A stretch of 64,000 nt of DNA, from positions 56,948,073-57,012,072 of the forward strand of contig JAUZTB010000011.1 in the NCBI GenBank assembly GCA_034780895.1, read 5' to 3'. A program made the position numbers and the translations under genes. Under the pieces are notes generated by a model, which saw only the letters and a program-made list of their open reading frames with translations, searched no databases and was not told the DNA's origin. Below are positions 25,891-38,300 of this stretch, in pieces (position 1 is the first letter of the stretch; every line of letters starts with the position of its first letter). Source of the DNA: Rhynchobatus australiae (lineage: Eukaryota).

Positions 25891-26269
25891 TGAATCGAAG
25901 AGTCGTGTTAAAGTTTGCCTTAAGTTTCCACCCATTGTTTACTTTCATGTTACCCATATTTAGAATCTCTGAAGACATTTATTGAAAGCTCATTGAATCC
26001 CATTGCCAGCTTGGTGATACTACTTCTCCTCCAGTCTCTCTAAAACCACAAATGTTCCACAATGGGGTTCTAGAAGTTCTTTGTTTTCTCAATTGAGCAT
26101 TCCCATCAGTCTTAGATGACAGGAGCTCAACCCTGCCCTAATCCAACAATTCATCCCATATCCTCTCCTGATATCTCTATTTTGCAAATAGACAAACTGA
26201 GCCACTACCTTGAACAATGTACAATCCACTACTTCATTATTTTAAAAGAAGGATTTCCCAGCATTATAT

Positions 26270-26750
26270 GCAGCCCGGCAGAAATTTGCTAATTCTAGGA
26301 ATGAGAGGATTGTCCTTTCACAAATGACTAAGATATGATGTTTACATTCTTTGGAATTTAGAAGATAAAGGGTGATCTTACTGAAGAATATCAGATCCAA
26401 GGAGATATGACAAAGTAGAAGTTGAGAAGTTTCCACTAATGAGAGAGTCTTGAATGAGAGGACATAATTACTAGATAAGGAAACAGTTATTTAGAACAGA
26501 GGTGTGTCAGGATTTCTTCTCACAGAGGGTGGTAAATCCCTAGAATTTACCCCTGGAGAGTGGTGGAGGTTAAATCACTGGGATATTTTAAGAGATGGTA
26601 GATAAATATCTGAAAGATCAAGGAATTGAGGGCTAAAGAGAACTAACATAGAAGAGGCCTGAGTAGTTCAGCCATGATCATATTGAATGACAGGGCAGGC
26701 TTGAGGGGGCCAGGTGCTTATGTGCTCATGTTCTTGCCTTCTTGTGTTCT
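26270..26750 (+). mobile_element. Older CR1 3' end
   Basis: 'ttcttctcacagagggtggtaaat' (FFSQRVVN) and UTR 'cagccatgatcatattgaatgacagggcaggcttgagggg'. Confidence 0.75.
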
Positions 26751-28339
26751 ACCCTGGACAATGTGTTATGCAACAACATAATTGTTCGCTTGCTCCCACA
26801 CCACTGTTCAGGGCTCTATTGCAGCCTTTTCCCACAGTGCAATGTCTTTTACACCAGACTGAATGTAGTGTAAATTATTTCTTTACCTGAACCCCCCAAA
26901 ACAGTTGCCCATTGGCTTATACAAGTTGTCTCTAGTGAAGTCCCACTTACTGTGTTTCCCACCACCACCACACCACCCCCCCACCCCCCCCCCACACCTT
27001 TTGGCTCTGTAAATCATATTAGCCTTAATGGAATCAATCTTATCTTGGGCTGAGACGGCCATGATTTCCAAGGTTAGGCTGGAGAAGCGGGGTTTCTGCC
27101 AGGATTTGCTTTTCTATGCAAATAAGCTTGAACAGAGACTCAAAAAAAAATCCCAAAAAACAATGACTGCGATTTCATCAGAAACTCTATACTGTGTGTG
27201 TGTGGTGCTTATGGAGAAGGATTGGTCAGCCCTTGCATATATAACAGCATGAATAAAAACAATTCTGTGTTTGCATCGGGTCTTGTACTGGAAAACTGAA
27301 TGGATTGGAATAAAATTGCACCACACAACATTCCTTATGAAGAACAGCAACCAGTTCAAGCATAGCTTTTTGGTGTGCTGTGCATCTGTGGCAATGATAA
27401 TGAACTAGAAATTGGATTGCATCGTTCCTATTGTACAGGTATAGAAGCTCTCCAAAGGGCCATATATGACTGTCATGAACTGATTTCTGCACCAGAAATC
27501 AGCACCCTGCTGAATTTGATTACTTTTCCTACAAAGGCATGCACAACGAACACCTAAAATTAGATTTAATAGCTTTAAATGTACACATTGGAAGCCAAAT
27601 AATTATTTAAGGACTATTCCTGAAAGTCAAATGAATTTAATGTATCATGTGCAAGATTTGTAATGTCTGTTGATTCCTTAGTATCACTGCTTACTAAGGC
27701 AAATAACAAAGCTAGAACTAACAACAGAATATTATTTACTGAAAGCAGTGAAGTCTCACCTAAAAGCAGTGACTTGAATACAAGGTGTCAAAACTTGTGC
27801 CACATTGCATGTTTAGTTCTTAAAGGTGCACATATAAACTGTATTGTTTCCTGTTTAAAAAAAGTAAAAAGCCTATACAAACCATCAACCTTTTACACAC
27901 AAAAAAATTATACAATTCATTAATGTTTTGCATCAATGAATTTCTTTATAAAATCAATATATACAGTTATAAGTTTAATCAATTATGAATTTACTCAGTC
28001 TGTGAATCTTTCGATGTACAAAGCTCTTCACAGTGAACTGTACTTGACATTTCTGAAGTATCCTCTCCAAGCACAGATAATTACAATCGATGATTTCTCC
28101 AGTTAGGCTTTGTACATATTTGGTCTCAAAACCTGTTCTGAAATTGTTATTTCAATATAAATATATTCTGAACAATCAACACATTGTATTAAATATTCTA
28201 AACACTCAAATAAACTTGAGTTACGTTTTATATGAACAGATTGATGTTTAGAATCTCAACCATGACAGTAGTTGCAATTGTACATTATGTTGGTACATAA
28301 CTGGATATCATAAACTTGGTCTCAGCAATATTTATCTTT

Positions 28340-31190
28340 TCAGGCTCTCACTCCATCTTTTTGTCTCTGCTTTCACACTATCTTGCATCCTGACTCCCAA
28401 TCTGACTCCCTATAAACACTAGACTTTCCATCTTCCCTGCTGTCCTTTTTGAAGTCTCAAAGTCATCTCTGACTTTGCCTTTCTGGATCATCTCCAAGGT
28501 TTTCAATTCTGCCACAATAGTTTTCAGTCTGTCTTGTCACACTCTGGCTACGCTCTATTGGACTGACATTATTAAGTCCATTACTGCTGTGACATCCCTC
28601 ATAGGATCTTTGGAGCTTTTTAACTGCCTCCACATTTGCAATGCAGTCCTCTCTCAAAGCATCTAAGTCGATCTCTGGTTGATTCAGCTCACTCAGCAAT
28701 TTTGTAAATAATAAAAGTCTTGAAGAGACTGAGCTCTTTTCTAGTACTCACATAGATTCATCTTCTCCATCAGTATTGTCTGTGTCAGACTAAATCAACA
28801 TTATCTCGCTACAGCACCTCATGCTGAGTGTTTTTCTTCTCATCTTGTTTGTGGACTCTTGGATTGGCAGATCAATTGTTCTGAAATTCCTGTGAACTAG
28901 CTCTCTCATTCTATTCAAACAGACTATACACCCGTCTCTAAAGTGCTTCCATTGATGTTTATGAATACCCACTCTGTTCTGAAAAGCTAAGTCAATTAAT
29001 GCTTTTTACCTGGGCAACTTACAATGGACTGTCCTTCATTGTCTCTGGATTCAGTGTATTCTTCCCTCTGGGCTACCTCCTCCTGAGTTAATTATCTGTC
29101 CAGCTTGTTATGTTCCTTCATTGTTTCACAACATCTTGGTGGTCTTCACAGGCAGTTCTGTAACTGTTGTCTTCTGCCCAAGAATCTCAAGGTCATCATA
29201 ATGTAAGACCCCGGCTGACCTGCAGTGAAGTAGATGCATGCCCAACCTTTACTGATAGACACTGAATAGTCAAAACTGTTATTCCAAGGCCATTGAAGAA
29301 TGCACCAGTACATCTCTATGTCTTGGAAAATATGCTATTAGCCCTCTCATTACAAACCCACTTCCCATTCACCACCATGCTGATTTACCACAGCTTTTGC
29401 TTTTATTTCACATAATTTTGTCTCACTCTCCTTAGCATATTATTAACTGCACACTTCAGCTAAACATCTAGCTTTCCTCCTCTTAGCAAGTTCTTGTGTT
29501 AACTACGCAGCTTTCCTTTCAGCCCAAACTTCACATTCTCATCAGAAGGACTGTCATCAAATTCCACCTATAATTATTCCAGTGCGTTGTTACCCACATG
29601 TTGATGACCACACCTATCATGAAGAGTGCTGCCTACTTTCACGACACTCTTGTCCTCAGTTGTAATTTATCTCACTGTCCTCGTTGTTGTATAAAAGAGA
29701 ATGATCTAGCCTTGTCCACAAATATTGGAGCTGCAGGCAGTATCTCTGGTCTGCCAGTGCTTGGAAGTTGCAGACTGCTTAGTGCCTCTCAAGTCCTCCT
29801 GAACAATGCTCTGTTTGGACAAAGCCAGTTCACTGAAGCATGAGTAACTACTGGATCATATACTTCACTGTCCAATGTCATGAACCTTTAAAATTCACAA
29901 TCCCTTATTTTGACTTACTCAATCCAATCTATTCCTATGACTGGTGGTGCATGCATCTGGCCCCTAATTATGATAGACAACTGGACATAACTGTCTCCAG
30001 TGACAACCCAATAGTTCACTTCCTTCATAACCTGGAAAATCGTTCCTGTATGTATGTTCAACACCATTTAGCTCCACTCCACTGAAAGAGGTTCAAGTAT
30101 TTCACATATGCATCCTGTCTTACAAAAGGCTGACTTGCCACAATATCAGTTATAATCTTTTCATCGATTAACAAAGTAACCTAAATACACATAACCTATT
30201 TGATGTGCAAATAGATACCATTCAGCATTGTCATTTCTGCCACTTCATTATCTGATTCCACTACATTCTATCTGCTTGTTCCATGGTGTCCAAGGCAAAT
30301 AGGAGTTCACCCCTTTAGCAGCAAACCCATGCACTATGCCCTATGCTGAAATATTTACAAAGCACACTATCATGAATGGTCATTCTGAGGTCATGTAGCT
30401 TTTAAAACATCCATGCAAAACTTCCTGCCTTTTGCACCCATATGATTTGCAGCCTCTTGCACTCAACTAACCTCCTGGTCTCCCACTAAACAAACATCTA
30501 ATGTCCATGTCAATCAGTCGCGAGGAACCATTACCATTTCTGTTAGATTGCTCCCTGTGTGCAATTGGGAATCGTGTCCTGAGAAAACCTGCCTTGCACT
30601 TTATAGTGTAATATCTGCATGCTTCCTTGAACATTAATCCTAACATATCAAGGATTTTTTTTGTGAATGCTCTCACTTTCCAGTCTGCATGCATGCATCA
30701 CCTGATCAATAAAAATCAGAAAATCAAACTTTTATTTCCAGTGCCTTTAACCTGGCTGCATAATCATTAGACATTATCTCTGGTCCTTGGTTGAACGTAT
30801 CAAACCTATAGTTCTTGAAATTCTTCCATGGCATCAGAAGAAATGCCCTTCAAGAGTTTCATTTGCCTTTCATATGAGCAATATGTGGTGCTGCTCTTCA
30901 AGTCAGCAGATCTTAAAGTGACCATTGGAAGCTAATGCCTGAAAGTGGGTTTACTGCTCATCACCCCCTCCTGTCCTCCTGGTTGTTGGTATTAAACACA
31001 TATATCTGGCAGACGAGTTTGATGTGGGTACCCCTGTAAGTCTCTATAAACTCCTGTAGCCTGTTTAACACCTGGCTTTGCTCCCCAATGAGCATAATCC
31101 AATTTCCAGTCCTGCGACTGCAGTATTTTCCATGAATATTATGTCCACTGGGACTGGCTGACAATTTTCTCCTTTCTCTTTGTTTAAGCG
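28340..31190 (-). mobile_element. Ty3/Gypsy relic A: gag, protease and eroded RT/RNase H (pseudogenic)
   Basis: RLQEF..NTNNQEDRR; YRFDTFNQGPE..DYAARLKAL; KKILD..LMFKEAC; knuckle-like CKYFSIGHSAWVC; protease IITDIVAS and VIGIDWIE; PIFVDKAR; HYDDLEILG (HYDD at 29192-29203); EDCIANVEAVKKL. Confidence 0.75.
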
Positions 31191-32219
31191 CTTTGTTANN
31201 NNNNNNNNNNNNNNNNNNNNNNNNNNNNNNNNNNNNNNNNNNNNNNNNNNNNNNNNNNNNNNNNNNNNNNNNNNNNNNNNNNNNNNNNNNNNNNNNNNNN
31301 NNNNNNNNNNNNNNNNNNNNNNNNNNNNNNNNNNNNNNNNNNNNNNNAGATATTTACATTAAAATCAATAGCAGATAATAAGTAGATCTAGTTCTTAACA
31401 TTTTCATCCAACCAAGGTCAGACTTTTGTCTGCATCTTCTTCCAACGAGTCAATACTGACTAACTTGCCATCTTTGGAATGGAGCTTAACCTCAGCTACA
31501 GATACATTCATCAGTCTATTGTTTCAACCTGTATTTGGTTCTCTGATTACTCAACTTCAAGGAGTAAAATATTTTAAAACTTAAGAATTATTCCTCAATA
31601 AAGGAAGCAATTGAAAAGCATTTGTTAAAGCTCCAGGCTTTTAATGGATATCTTCAGTTGCGTAGCCGTACAATCTTCAAGGTAATAGACAGCAAATTGC
31701 AGATAGAAATGTATTCTTATTCATATTTCTGATAATGAAATCAGTGCACCCAGGTTCCAATGGCATTGGTTTGAACGATAACTCCTGGAAAATATGGTTG
31801 AATATTGAGCAACCTCATGTGAATTTACTCATAAAGAATTAAACTTGTAAGTCTATTGTTTAATGGAGAGCTGCCAAATGTTACCAGAGAGTGAGTGAAA
31901 AATAAGCTTACAATGATTATAAAACTAAACAGTATTATTTTTTGAAATGTACATGAAAGAATATGATAGAATTCTGTCTGATGTAATAAATTCTCCATTT
32001 CTCAGACTAACAGAATAATGGACTTGCATAAAATAATACATACATTGAGATCATTATCGCAGAATTATCAGATTACATTCAAAGTCAACACATTCTATTA
32101 AGTACATGTAACTAATAGAAACAACTTCATTGATGCCTCAATCACATCAGTGGATATTAACAGCTCCTTTCTCTGTTACTCTGTGAGAGGTATGAACACA
32201 AATAACTTTTAATGGGTTA

Positions 32220-32405
32220 ATGTTTATGCCTTTGTGGTGTATGTGTGAGTTTGCCTGCATTTTGGGTGTGTTTATATGTCCATGTGTGTTTTAGTTATGT
32301 GGCTGTATAGTGGCATGTTTCATATGTGTGCTTCACGTATATGTATCTGCATGATTTTTTTTGTTGTGTGCTTGTCTACTTCCATGTGAATGTGAGTGTG
32401 AGTGG
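32220..32405. repeat. Degenerate (TG)-rich microsatellite
   Basis: Dense interrupted tg/tgta/catg units. Confidence 0.6.
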
Positions 32406-33384
32406 GAGGGGATGGGGAGGAAAAAAGGGGTGAATATTGACTGACAAAAATGTCAAAAGAAGTGATTAGTAGAATGTGTATGATTTAGCAACTAGCCGCG
32501 TCCAGCTTTCAATCACTGCCTAGAATTCATTGTTACTCATTTTTACAGCTAAACATTTAATATGTTTGTTCATCTTTTCTAATAGAGAATTAAATCTATT
32601 TAACATACACAAGTTGACTGCCATAGAAAAAACAGCAGACACAAAAGAAATAGAAATTTTTGTTCTTCTAGGCTTAAATCCTCACAAAGCAGAGAGAAAA
32701 CATGTGTTGGAAACAATTTGGCCCAAACTTTGAATGTATGTTGTAAAGGGACATTGAGGAAGCAATGAGTGGTGGGTTGCAAGCATTTTATCCAAGGATC
32801 TACCCCAAAATGTGCAGTAGAATACTTAGTCTGGTGATGCGAAGGGCATGTATATTGCATAAAAAGAGCCTGAGGTTAGCTCATGGTTCAGATCTCCACC
32901 TACTGGGATCAGCCCAAGAAGTGAAGCAGACCTCATAGCACTGTAAAGGCCTGACAAGCACTTCCACATGAGTATTCCATGTTGCCCAGAAAGATCATAT
33001 CATCTGGGTATCCATTGTAGCTCTATTGGACTCCACTGTACATTCCAGGCCGCATTACACAATAGTATATTGGACACCCAGAGAATCTAGAAGCAAGTCA
33101 TCACCTGAATGCAGTTCACAGCAAGTCCATCATGTTCTTTTAAGTTCAATTGTGTACCTCTCAAAATAAAGCATCATGTGTTTTCTCGCCATTTGACTGG
33201 GAGCATTCATGGTGTTACATGGGAGCATACATCGGCACAATATCACAGGCCAAATGACCTGTCCAGTGCTGTTCTATATTCTATGTACTATTATAACTGT
33301 ATAGGGAATAAAAACAATTTTATAGTAAGTATTACAGTTGTGTTTTTATACTCAAGGTGATAATAAAGCAAAAGGTTCACTTTA

Positions 33385-34500
33385 GTAGATGCTGGAAATC
33401 TAAAATAAAAACAAGAAGTGCTGGAAATACTCATCTGGATTCTGTGCACCTGATGTGGCCTCCTCTAGCACAGACTGGGTGACTGTTTTGTAGAACACCT
33501 ATGCTCTGTCTGTGCCGAGCTCCCTATTGCAAGCCAGTCCAATTCCCTTCCCATTCCCACACTGACCTGTCCATCCTTGACCTTCTCCACTGCCAGGGTG
33601 AGGCCCAATACAAACTGAAGGAACAACACCTCATATTCTGCCAGGGTAGTCTACAACATGAACACTGAGCTTTCCAATTCTAGGTAACCCTCCCTCCTCC
33701 TTCTGATCTTCCTTCAGTCCTCCCATTTTTGTCCTCTTCCTCCCCACCTCAATCACATCACACACCTTTGTTCCCTCTTGCTCCACGCTCCATTTCCATC
33801 CGTCCACAACATACATAGTTTATCCACCAAGTCTACCCACCCCCTCCACCCTCCTCTCTGATTCTGGTTCCATCTGCCATTCACCCCTCCCCATTATCAC
33901 CTTCTTTACTGATCAGATTTCAGCACTGCTTGCCCTGTGTATTCCTGCTTATCACCCTCCAGCAGTTGTCTCAAACCCTCACCCTCCCCTTCCCCGCACC
34001 TCACTCCATCTGTCTCTCTTTTTGTCTCTTTGTCTGCCTCCATCTATCATTCACCTGCCTCTGTCTTCCAACTCCACTCCCACTCTCCTCCCCTACCTGG
34101 TACAACCTGCCTGTCATCTTGGTATTGGTATTGGTTTATTATTGTCACTTGTACCAAGGTACAGTGAAANNNNNNNNNNNNNNNNNNNNNNNNNNNNNNN
34201 NNNNNNNNNNNNNNNNNNNNNNNNNNNNNNNNNNNNNNNNNNNNNNNNNNNNNNNNNNNNNNNNNNNNNTGTGAGGTGTGGTTTGATGGGTGGCACAACA
34301 TGGTGGGCCGAAGGGCCTGTATTGTTCTATGGTTCTCCCTCTCTCCTCTTAAGACTGGCCACCCCCCCCCCCCCTTCCACTCTCAGTTCTGATGCAGGGT
34401 TTTGACCCCAAACATCACCAATTCCTTGCCCCCCAACAGATGCTGCTCAACCCACTGAGTTCCTCCGGCAGATTGTTTGTTGCTCCAGCATCTGTTCTCT
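33385..34500 (+). mobile_element. Penelope-like element: GIY-YIG C-terminus plus 3' region; nested Rex1 tail (34120-34169) and CR1 end (34271-34335)
   Basis: C.*CGLL..RLGDCFVEHLCSV..LPIASQSNSLPHSHTDLSIL.LLHCQGEAQYKLKEQHLIF..SLQ.MNTELSNSR*; hammerhead-like motif at 34384-34418. Confidence 0.85.
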
Positions 34501-34987
34501 CATGGGTGTTCAGTAGGAGGCAGGTTAGTGTAAAGAAGGGTGATGAAAATATTGTCAATGTCTTGCCAGCAGTTAGAAATGAAGAGATCTTGAGATGGTA
34601 GGAGGTAGATGGAGGCAACCTAGTGGATTGGGAAGTCTGGAGCTGGGAGATAGGGTCCATAGTCTGAGGTAAGGGCTCCTGGCCAAAGAAATGGACACAG
34701 AGACAAGGATGGCAGAAGAAGGGCTCAACATCATGTGAACTGTTACTTCATTGAGATGGGGTACAAGGGGATGAAGTTGAGGCTCAATTGATTGGGATCA
34801 GAGAGAGAAAGATCAGGAGGACTAGTGAAAACATGGCAAGAGGAGGGACAGATGGAGAGATGGCATTAATGGAAAGTAATGGGGAGAAAAATCTAGAGGA
34901 TCAGCAGCAAAGGGTAAAGTAGAACTGTGATCAGGGACAACTTTGAGAGAGAGAAGCTTGATGTTGGAAAAGAAAGTCAAGAGCATT

Positions 34988-35240
34988 GGTAAGGTAGTGT
35001 CGCGGTTAATACAATGCTATTACAGCACCAGCGATCGGGGTTCGATTCCTATCGCTGTCTGTAAGGAGTTTGTATGTTCTCCCGTGTCTGCGTGGGTTTC
35101 CTCCGGGTGTGCCAGTTTCCTCCCATGTTCTAAAAACGTATGGGAAGGTTAATTTAGGGTTTAAATAAAAATGGGCGGCGTGGACTCGTTGGGCCGGAAG
35201 GGCCTGTTACCATGCTGTAAATAAAATTTAAATTTAAATT
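34988..35240 (+). mobile_element. V-domain SINE, CR1-type tail subtype
   Basis: B box ggttcgattcc, V core and tail gggccggaagggcctgttaccatgctgtaaataaaatttaaattt; reverse complement of 14900-15145. Confidence 0.9.
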
Positions 35241-35324
35241 ACATATAGATCTCAAGATGTGATGAGAGCGGTGAGAAACGCTGGATTGTTCAAGCAGACC
35301 TGTGATCATGTGTGAAGCTTATCT

Positions 35325-38300
35325 GTGAAGGAGAGAATTTCAGTCAGAATTCCCAAAAATAAGTTGAAGCTAGAGATATTTTCTAAGGAATGAGATATGG
35401 CTATGAAAACCAGTTTTAGTCAACTGCTTATCAAAGAGAAGAAACAAAAAACTTTTGAGGGTGAATTAGAGGAAATGAACAGAAATCCTGCAAGAGAGAG
35501 CAGCAGAACCACTTCACAGTTGACAATCCTGATGTCAGTGAATTCAACAGCAATTGAAACTCTAAAAGCAACAAATGCTCAAAAACTGAAAGACAGGAAG
35601 TGCTTGCAATATTCAGCAGGCCAGGCAGCATNNNNNNNNNNNNNNNNNNNNNAGGCAGCATCAGTTAACTCATTTCTTTTCTCTCCACAGATCTGCTCTA
35701 CATTTCCAATCTTTTCCTTTTGGCTTCAGTTCTCTGCAACAAATTTAATGTGTACTTTATAGCTTTTATATGTCCCTGATTGTTTTCTCTCTGTTTCTTT
35801 CTCTGTTTCTCAAAATTAATCTGCCCTCATTTAGCCAGACAGCTTCATCAACAATATATTACTATGGCAGCCCTAGCCTCATCCTATCAGTGAGATTCAC
35901 TTTAACCTATTTATTTCTCCTCACACTGTCTGCAACTTTTCCAGTTTTGATGAAGACTCTTCAGTGGGAAGCATGTTTCTCTCTCCACAGATTCTGTCTG
36001 ATCTGCTGAGTATCCCCTGCATTTTTTGCTTTCATTTAAGATTACCAGGATCTGCAAGTGTTTTTGAGTTTGAAGCCACAAGGTCTCCACAGGGACATGG
36101 TGAAAATCTTGAAGGGACAGTTTAATTTGAGATTTTGAAAGTTGCAAATTTGGCTTGCTCAACCAGGGGCCAGAGGACAAAGGCAATGGAAAATTGTTCA
36201 ATTTCCAGACCTTTTTTCAATTGAATGTTATGGGATTACATAGTGTGCAGAGCGGCAAATGAAAATATTCAAGCAAAATCATTTGGCATGCTGCATTGAT
36301 ATTCAAGGGAACATAGAGAAGAGCCCACAAGTATGCTGATAAGACTGAAAAATGTGAAGCACTTTAACTAAGGATAGAATTTTGAGGTGCAAGCAGAGGC
36401 CAGACCCATAGAAATGGTAATGGAAAGTCGTTTACACTGTCACTGAGTCACTTGGAACCACTTACAAGTGGGTTCAGTGGAAAATTAGTAAGAAATGCTG
36501 TAAGTCACATGCATGTAACGAGCAGAAAGCCTTTCTATGAATGCTACAGGAGCCAACTGGCCTCAGAATGCTAAAGATGACCAAATGCTATAATTGTCAC
36601 AAGATAAGGCATTTTACAGTTTCCTGAAGGAGGTAGACAAAAACAATGGTTCCCATTTGTTTTTGATACAAAGGTGTAGAACAGGATGGCATACTGTATG
36701 CACAGGAGAAGCAAATACTGAGGAAGTGGAAATGGAAATGTTGAATGGATTTTAATGCAAAACATAGTGATAAGGACACTAATTTTTAGACCAACTTACT
36801 GATTGAATAGGAACAATAAGCGTGAGTATGGCAAGTTAGTCCAATTTAGGTTAGGATTTGTATTGGAAATTGTATTTGGGATTTGAATTGGAACTACTTC
36901 AACTACTTTCTGTTAAGGCATGTGGAAATGTTGGTCACATGTGCAGGAGGGACATGATTGTGTTTTATAGGAAGTGGACTGTTGGCTTGGAATGGGTCAA
37001 GTTGACTATCATAGTTATGGACCAGGAACATGCACCAGCAATCATGGGCATGGATTGGATAGTCACTCAGGTTGAGAACTGTGCCTTTTAAAAGGATTGT
37101 AGCATTAGACAATTAGGCATCCCGGAGCCACTCATGCTTCAGGGTAAAATGGTCTTGCTCAAATAGTAGGTTTGAGAGGTGCTAAGGCACTGCCAAAGAC
37201 ACAGGCACTGCCATTCCAGAGTCATAGGACTATAACTCCAACAAAATTGTTGTGGAAAATGGAAGATTGGTGGCCACCTGAAACAGTGAGTGTAAGTCTT
37301 ACCTGAGATGAATATGACCATGATAGGCAGCTTTCTCCACATGGGCAGATGTGGTGATCAATCTACTGATAACAATACACCAACACTGTTGTGGATCAGA
37401 TTTGACACCTGTCTATCTGAAGCTTTGGATATAAGGCAAACTGAGCAGCTAAATGCAAGATGTCCTGGGAAGGAGGAAACCAGAGGCTGAGTTAATGCAT
37501 GCAAAGACTGCTTGATAAAAACACTGAGAACAGATTGATGCAAAGGTTGCATTTGAATCCCGTGTGATGCATAAGAACATGATATCCCCAGGAGTGGGCT
37601 TGTAATGGGAGTAGGAAATAGCCACAAAGAAAACATCTTCTGAGACATAAATAGAATATTAAGAGCATTCTTTGAAAGTCACAGTTCTGACTGTTTGGAT
37701 GTTTGCCACCAGAGCTGTCACATATATACTTCACTGTGGGTCAATATTAAAAGACCAAATATTGCTTTATAATGGCAATAAGATATGAGGGAAGAAGGAT
37801 CTGTCACCACAAGACTTGGGTGAAAACTTGGAAAGCATAGTAACACATAAGCCACAGAGCTAGACTAAGGTGAGATGGCCCGGGATGAAGAGGAGTTTAT
37901 TATGAGCAGCCCAAGGCCAGAGTATAATTGTATTTACTGATAACTTCTGATTAACACTGGCTTACTGGAAACCTCAAATGTATGTTTTCAGAGGAACAGG
38001 AATATATTCAATCATCAAGAGCAAGCAGTTCAAAGGAAGAGTTTACAGTTTGAACAATATGGGAATATTGGTCCATTCAAGAATACACCAGTGAGGTGAA
38101 AGGCAAAAGGGTGAAGATGGGGTGCTCCAGTGAGGCTAAATCAGCAAATTTAACTGTACTACTGGAGAAGAGAAGACTGTGAATTTAGAAGAACTCAGTC
38201 TCCACAAGGCATTTGTTGCTTACAGAGTCTCTAAGTGGCCTGATTCAAGAGCAGATTATGTTAGATGTTATTGAGAGGTGACTGTACTGTGTGTGGAAAC

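Noticed and set aside
28340-29880. Novel non-RT domain or endogenous DNA virus after the protease
   Set aside because: Closer translation shows KAR, YDD, thumb and RNase H-like remnants, so it is eroded Gypsy pol.
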